From Candidatus Yanofskybacteria bacterium CG10_big_fil_rev_8_21_14_0_10_46_23 (GTDB lineage: Bacteria; Patescibacteriota; Minisyncoccia; 2-02-FULL-40-12; IGHO2-12-FULL-4), in the NCBI GenBank assembly GCA_002771135.1, contig PCXO01000012.1, positions 21,694-70,282 on the forward strand: a DNA stretch of 48,589 nt, written 5' to 3'. This document shows positions 45,719 to 48,589 of this stretch, one piece after another; position 1 is the first letter of the stretch; each line of letters opens with the position of its first letter. Made by a program: the position numbers and the translations under genes. Under the pieces are notes generated by a model. The model had not been told where the DNA came from. It saw nothing but the letters and a program-made list of their open reading frames with translations, and made no database searches.

Positions 45719-46177
45719 ATGAAGAAATATCTAATCGCCCATGATATCCGTAGTGCTTGGAATGTCGGTTCTTTTTTCCGGACGGCGGATGCGGCCGGTT
45801 TTGATAAAATCTTTTTAACGGGCTATACGGCGACCCCCGACCATCCTAAAGTAGCTAAAACCTCGCTTAATGCCGAAGATTTTGTAGCTTGGGAAAAACA
45901 GAAGCAGGCTTGGCGGGTCGTTAAACAATTAAAAAAAGAAGGGGTAAAAATTATTGCCTTGGAACAAACTCCCGATGCTCAAAATATTTTCAAACTTAAA
46001 AAACCAATCAGTCCGCCCACTGGCGGATTTGCTTTGATTGTTGGCAATGAAATCCGGGGAGTTCCGAAGGGCTTGTTAAAATACGCGGATATAAAAACGG
46101 CCATACCTATGTATGGCCGAAAAGAATCCCTAAACGTAGCGGTGGCCTTTGGGGTTGCCGCCTATATTCTCTCTTGA
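45719..46177 (+). CDS. TrmH/SpoU-family RNA methyltransferase
   Basis: NVGSFFRTADA, GNEIRG and IPM.G.KESLNVAVA motifs. Confidence 0.93.
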   Translation: MKKYLIAHDIRSAWNVGSFFRTADAAGFDKIFLTGYTATPDHPKVAKTSLNAEDFVAWEKQKQAWRVVKQLKKEGVKIIALEQTPDAQNIFKLKKPISPPTGGFALIVGNEIRGVPKGLLKYADIKTAIPMYGRKESLNVAVAFGVAAYILS

Positions 46178-46425
46178 TTCTGGATGAAGTGTCCGCCCCT
46201 ACTTTGATACACCGGAGCATCTTCTATGAAATGGACCCGTTGCCCGCAACTTATGGTTAAGACGGACTTTCGCTCAAGCGGGTGCCAATTTTTTTTCCGG
46301 CACTCTTTGCAGAGGTGAACTAAAAAGAATTCGCCGCTCCTCTTGGCCGGGATAAAAATTGACTGAATATTGTCGCATTTTAAACAAGCGTGGCAGAAAA
46401 TAGCCACGTTTTGATTTTTGGCCAT
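46162..46425 (-). CDS. Small Cys-rich putative zinc-binding protein
   Basis: AAGGAG SD before ATG 46425; CHAC..C and LCKEC motifs; fills the trmH-rnhB gap. Confidence 0.55.
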   Translation of the reverse strand: MAKNQNVAIFCHACLKCDNIQSIFIPAKRSGEFFLVHLCKECRKKNWHPLERKSVLTISCGQRVHFIEDAPVYQSRGGHFIQNQERI

Positions 46426-46453
46426 TTCCCATCTCCTTGTTAAGATTCTATTT

Positions 46454-47074
46454 ATGAGCCTACTAGATTCAAGCCTTGAGCGCAATTATCTGCGTAAATT
46501 TGGAAGTCTTATCGCCCTTGATGAAGCGGGTCGGGGCCCTTTGGCCGGACCGGTTGTGGCCTGCGCCGTTTTGGTTACGCCGGAGTTTTTAAAGCATAGA
46601 GTGGCGCGGGTGAATGACTCTAAACTTCTATCCGAAAAACAGCGAGAGGAGATCTTTAGCAAACTATTAGCCCAGCCAAATTTTCAATTCGGCTTAGCGA
46701 AGGTTATGCCGAAAACGATTGATCGAATCAACATTCTTCAAGCCACGCATCAGGCCATGCGCCAAGCGATGAAAAAGGTAAAGATAACCCCCCATCTGGT
46801 TTTGGTTGATGGGAATCAAAAAATTTCTAAAATAAAGTTCCCCCAAAAGACGATTATCAATGGTGACGCCCGAGTCTATTCCATCGCCTGTGCTTCGATT
46901 ATCGCTAAAGTAACTCGTGATCGGATAATGTTACGTTATGCCCGCCGTTTTCCCGAATATGGTTTTGAAAGTCACAAGGGTTACGGCACGCCAGGCCATC
47001 TTATCCAGTTAATTAAGTATGGCCCCTCCGCCATCCACCGTTTATCTTTTGCTCCGGTGGCCCAGTTACGATAA
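46454..47074 (+). CDS. rnhB: Ribonuclease HII
   Basis: DEAGRGPLAGPVV, DSK, SIIAKVTRD and KGYGT motifs. Confidence 0.96.
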   Translation: MSLLDSSLERNYLRKFGSLIALDEAGRGPLAGPVVACAVLVTPEFLKHRVARVNDSKLLSEKQREEIFSKLLAQPNFQFGLAKVMPKTIDRINILQATHQAMRQAMKKVKITPHLVLVDGNQKISKIKFPQKTIINGDARVYSIACASIIAKVTRDRIMLRYARRFPEYGFESHKGYGTPGHLIQLIKYGPSAIHRLSFAPVAQLR

Positions 47075-47085
47075 AATAAGAAGAT

Positions 47086-48096
47086 ATGGCACGAGCAAAA
47101 GTGGCAATCAACGGTTTTGGTCGAATCGGGCGAACCTTCTTTCGCCAAGCCTTTGGGGGGACTGGCTTTGAAGTGGTGGCGGTTAACGATTTAGGCAGTC
47201 TGGAGAATCTCGCCTATCTTTTAAAATACGACTCGGTCTATCGAGAATTTAACCAACCGGTTGAGGCCAAGGGGGATAAATTAATTGTCGGGAAAAAGAA
47301 AATCACTTTTCTGCAGGAAAAAGACCCCGCCAATCTGCCCTGGAAAGATTTGGGCATTGATATTGTCGTGGAGGCCACCGGGGTTTTTCGGACTATAGAA
47401 TCGGCCACGGCTCATTTACAAGCGGGGGCTAAAAGAGTGGTGATTACGGCCCCGGCCAAAGATGATATCATGCCGACCATTACACCCAATGTCGCTGAGG
47501 GTAATTTGAGCCATGGCCAGATAACCTCTAATGCTTCTTGCACTACTAACGCGGTTAACCCGGTTATCGCCATCATGAGTGTTAAGCCGGGGATTGAGGC
47601 CGCGGTTTTAAACACGGTCCATGGCTATACCTCGACCCAAAGTATTGTCGATGGTCCCAACAAAAGTGACTTTCGAAAAGGTCGAGCCGGGGCCGTCAAC
47701 ATCATTCCAACGACCACCGGATCGGCCATTGCCACCACCCGGTCTCTTCCTCACTTGGAGGGAAAGTTCGATGGAATCGCTCTACGCGTCCCACTTATAA
47801 CTGGTTCGCTCATCGACTTAACTTTTATTGCTAGTCGGAAAACCTCGGTCGAGGAAATAAATCAAATTTTTCAAGAGGCGGATCAATCGGGCGATTGGAC
47901 CGGAATCCTCACCACCACGACCGACCCTATCGTCTCTTCCGATATTATTGGCAACCCGCACGGTTCCATTGTTGATCTGGGTTTGACCCGAGTTATCAAT
48001 GGCAACTTAGTTAAAATTCTGGCTTGGTATGACAACGAGTGGGGCTACTGCGCGATGTTAAAAAGACACGTTGAGAGCGTGGCTGATCTACTCTAA
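47086..48096 (+). CDS. gap: Glyceraldehyde-3-phosphate dehydrogenase type I
   Basis: INGFGRIGR, SNASCTTN and WYDNEWGY motifs. Confidence 0.97.
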   Translation: MARAKVAINGFGRIGRTFFRQAFGGTGFEVVAVNDLGSLENLAYLLKYDSVYREFNQPVEAKGDKLIVGKKKITFLQEKDPANLPWKDLGIDIVVEATGVFRTIESATAHLQAGAKRVVITAPAKDDIMPTITPNVAEGNLSHGQITSNASCTTNAVNPVIAIMSVKPGIEAAVLNTVHGYTSTQSIVDGPNKSDFRKGRAGAVNIIPTTTGSAIATTRSLPHLEGKFDGIALRVPLITGSLIDLTFIASRKTSVEEINQIFQEADQSGDWTGILTTTTDPIVSSDIIGNPHGSIVDLGLTRVINGNLVKILAWYDNEWGYCAMLKRHVESVADLL

Positions 48097-48589
48097 TGTC
48101 TGATCACATTCACGACGATAAGATAAAAGAGCTAGAGATTAAAGCGAATCAGATTCGACAGTCTTTAATTGAATCGCTAGTTTCGGCTGGCAGTGGTCAC
48201 ACCGCCGGCCCTTTGGGCATGGCCGATATCTTTACGGCCTTTTATTTTCATATTTTACATCACGACCCCAAGCGACCGGATTGGGATGAGCGGGACCGCC
48301 TGATTCTCTCCAACGGTCACATCGTGCCAATTCGCTATGCGACGATGGCTCATGCCGGTTATTTTCCCATCGAAGAACTAAAAACTCTCCGAAAATTTGG
48401 CTCGCGTCTTCAGGGCCACCCCGAGCGAGAACGGATGCCTGCTCTGGAAACTACCTCCGGCCCACTCGGTTCCGGTTTAAGCCAGGCCGCGGGCATTGCC
48501 TATGGCGCGCGAATAGATAAAAAAGCTTTTCGAACTTATTGTTTCATGTCTGATGGTGAACACGACGCGGGTAATCTTTGGGAGGCCGC
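48096..48589 (+). CDS. Transketolase N-terminal subunit (truncated by window edge)
   Basis: Manual translation: AGSGHTAG, RDRLILSNGH, LQGHP, SGPLGSG and MSDGE motifs. Confidence 0.92.
   Translation, partial: MSDHIHDDKIKELEIKANQIRQSLIESLVSAGSGHTAGPLGMADIFTAFYFHILHHDPKRPDWDERDRLILSNGHIVPIRYATMAHAGYFPIEELKTLRKFGSRLQGHPERERMPALETTSGPLGSGLSQAAGIAYGARIDKKAFRTYCFMSDGEHDAGNLWEA

Overview
Core-genome segment of a small-genome bacterium, most likely Patescibacteria/CPR (Parcubacteria-like; inferred from gene content, the homodimeric GlyRS, and the divergent, intron-bearing, unlinked 16S). Genes read under the standard bacterial code. Housekeeping content: rplT-rpmI-infC, htrA-smpB-ssrA, six aminoacyl-tRNA synthetases (argS, ileS, glyS, metG, leuS, hisS), recO, rsmI, tatD, folD, parAB, pth-dprA-topA, lepB, rpsU, rnhB, gap, and a partial transketolase. 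Small accessory cassettes with their own promoter, RBS and terminator are interspersed. Main observations: (1) two back-to-back ECF-type promoters; one faces the ECF sigma/anti-sigma pair and the other faces an unannotated ~145-nt transcript encoding an 18-aa peptide with the SecM-type arrest motif IRAGP and an anti-SD-like tract. (2) A group II-like intron at ~16S position 1399/1400 carries a LAGLIDADG endonuclease instead of an RT and has atypical ends and an atypical domain V. (3) The 16S 3' tail lacks the CCUCC anti-Shine-Dalgarno core; core genes look leaderless while accessory genes carry SD and boxA-like motifs. (4) A free-standing LAGLIDADG gene sits between tRNA-Leu(CAA) and an orphan tRNA 3' end. 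(5) The leuS N-terminus is duplicated as an upstream ORF. All calls are by eye; no database searches were run.
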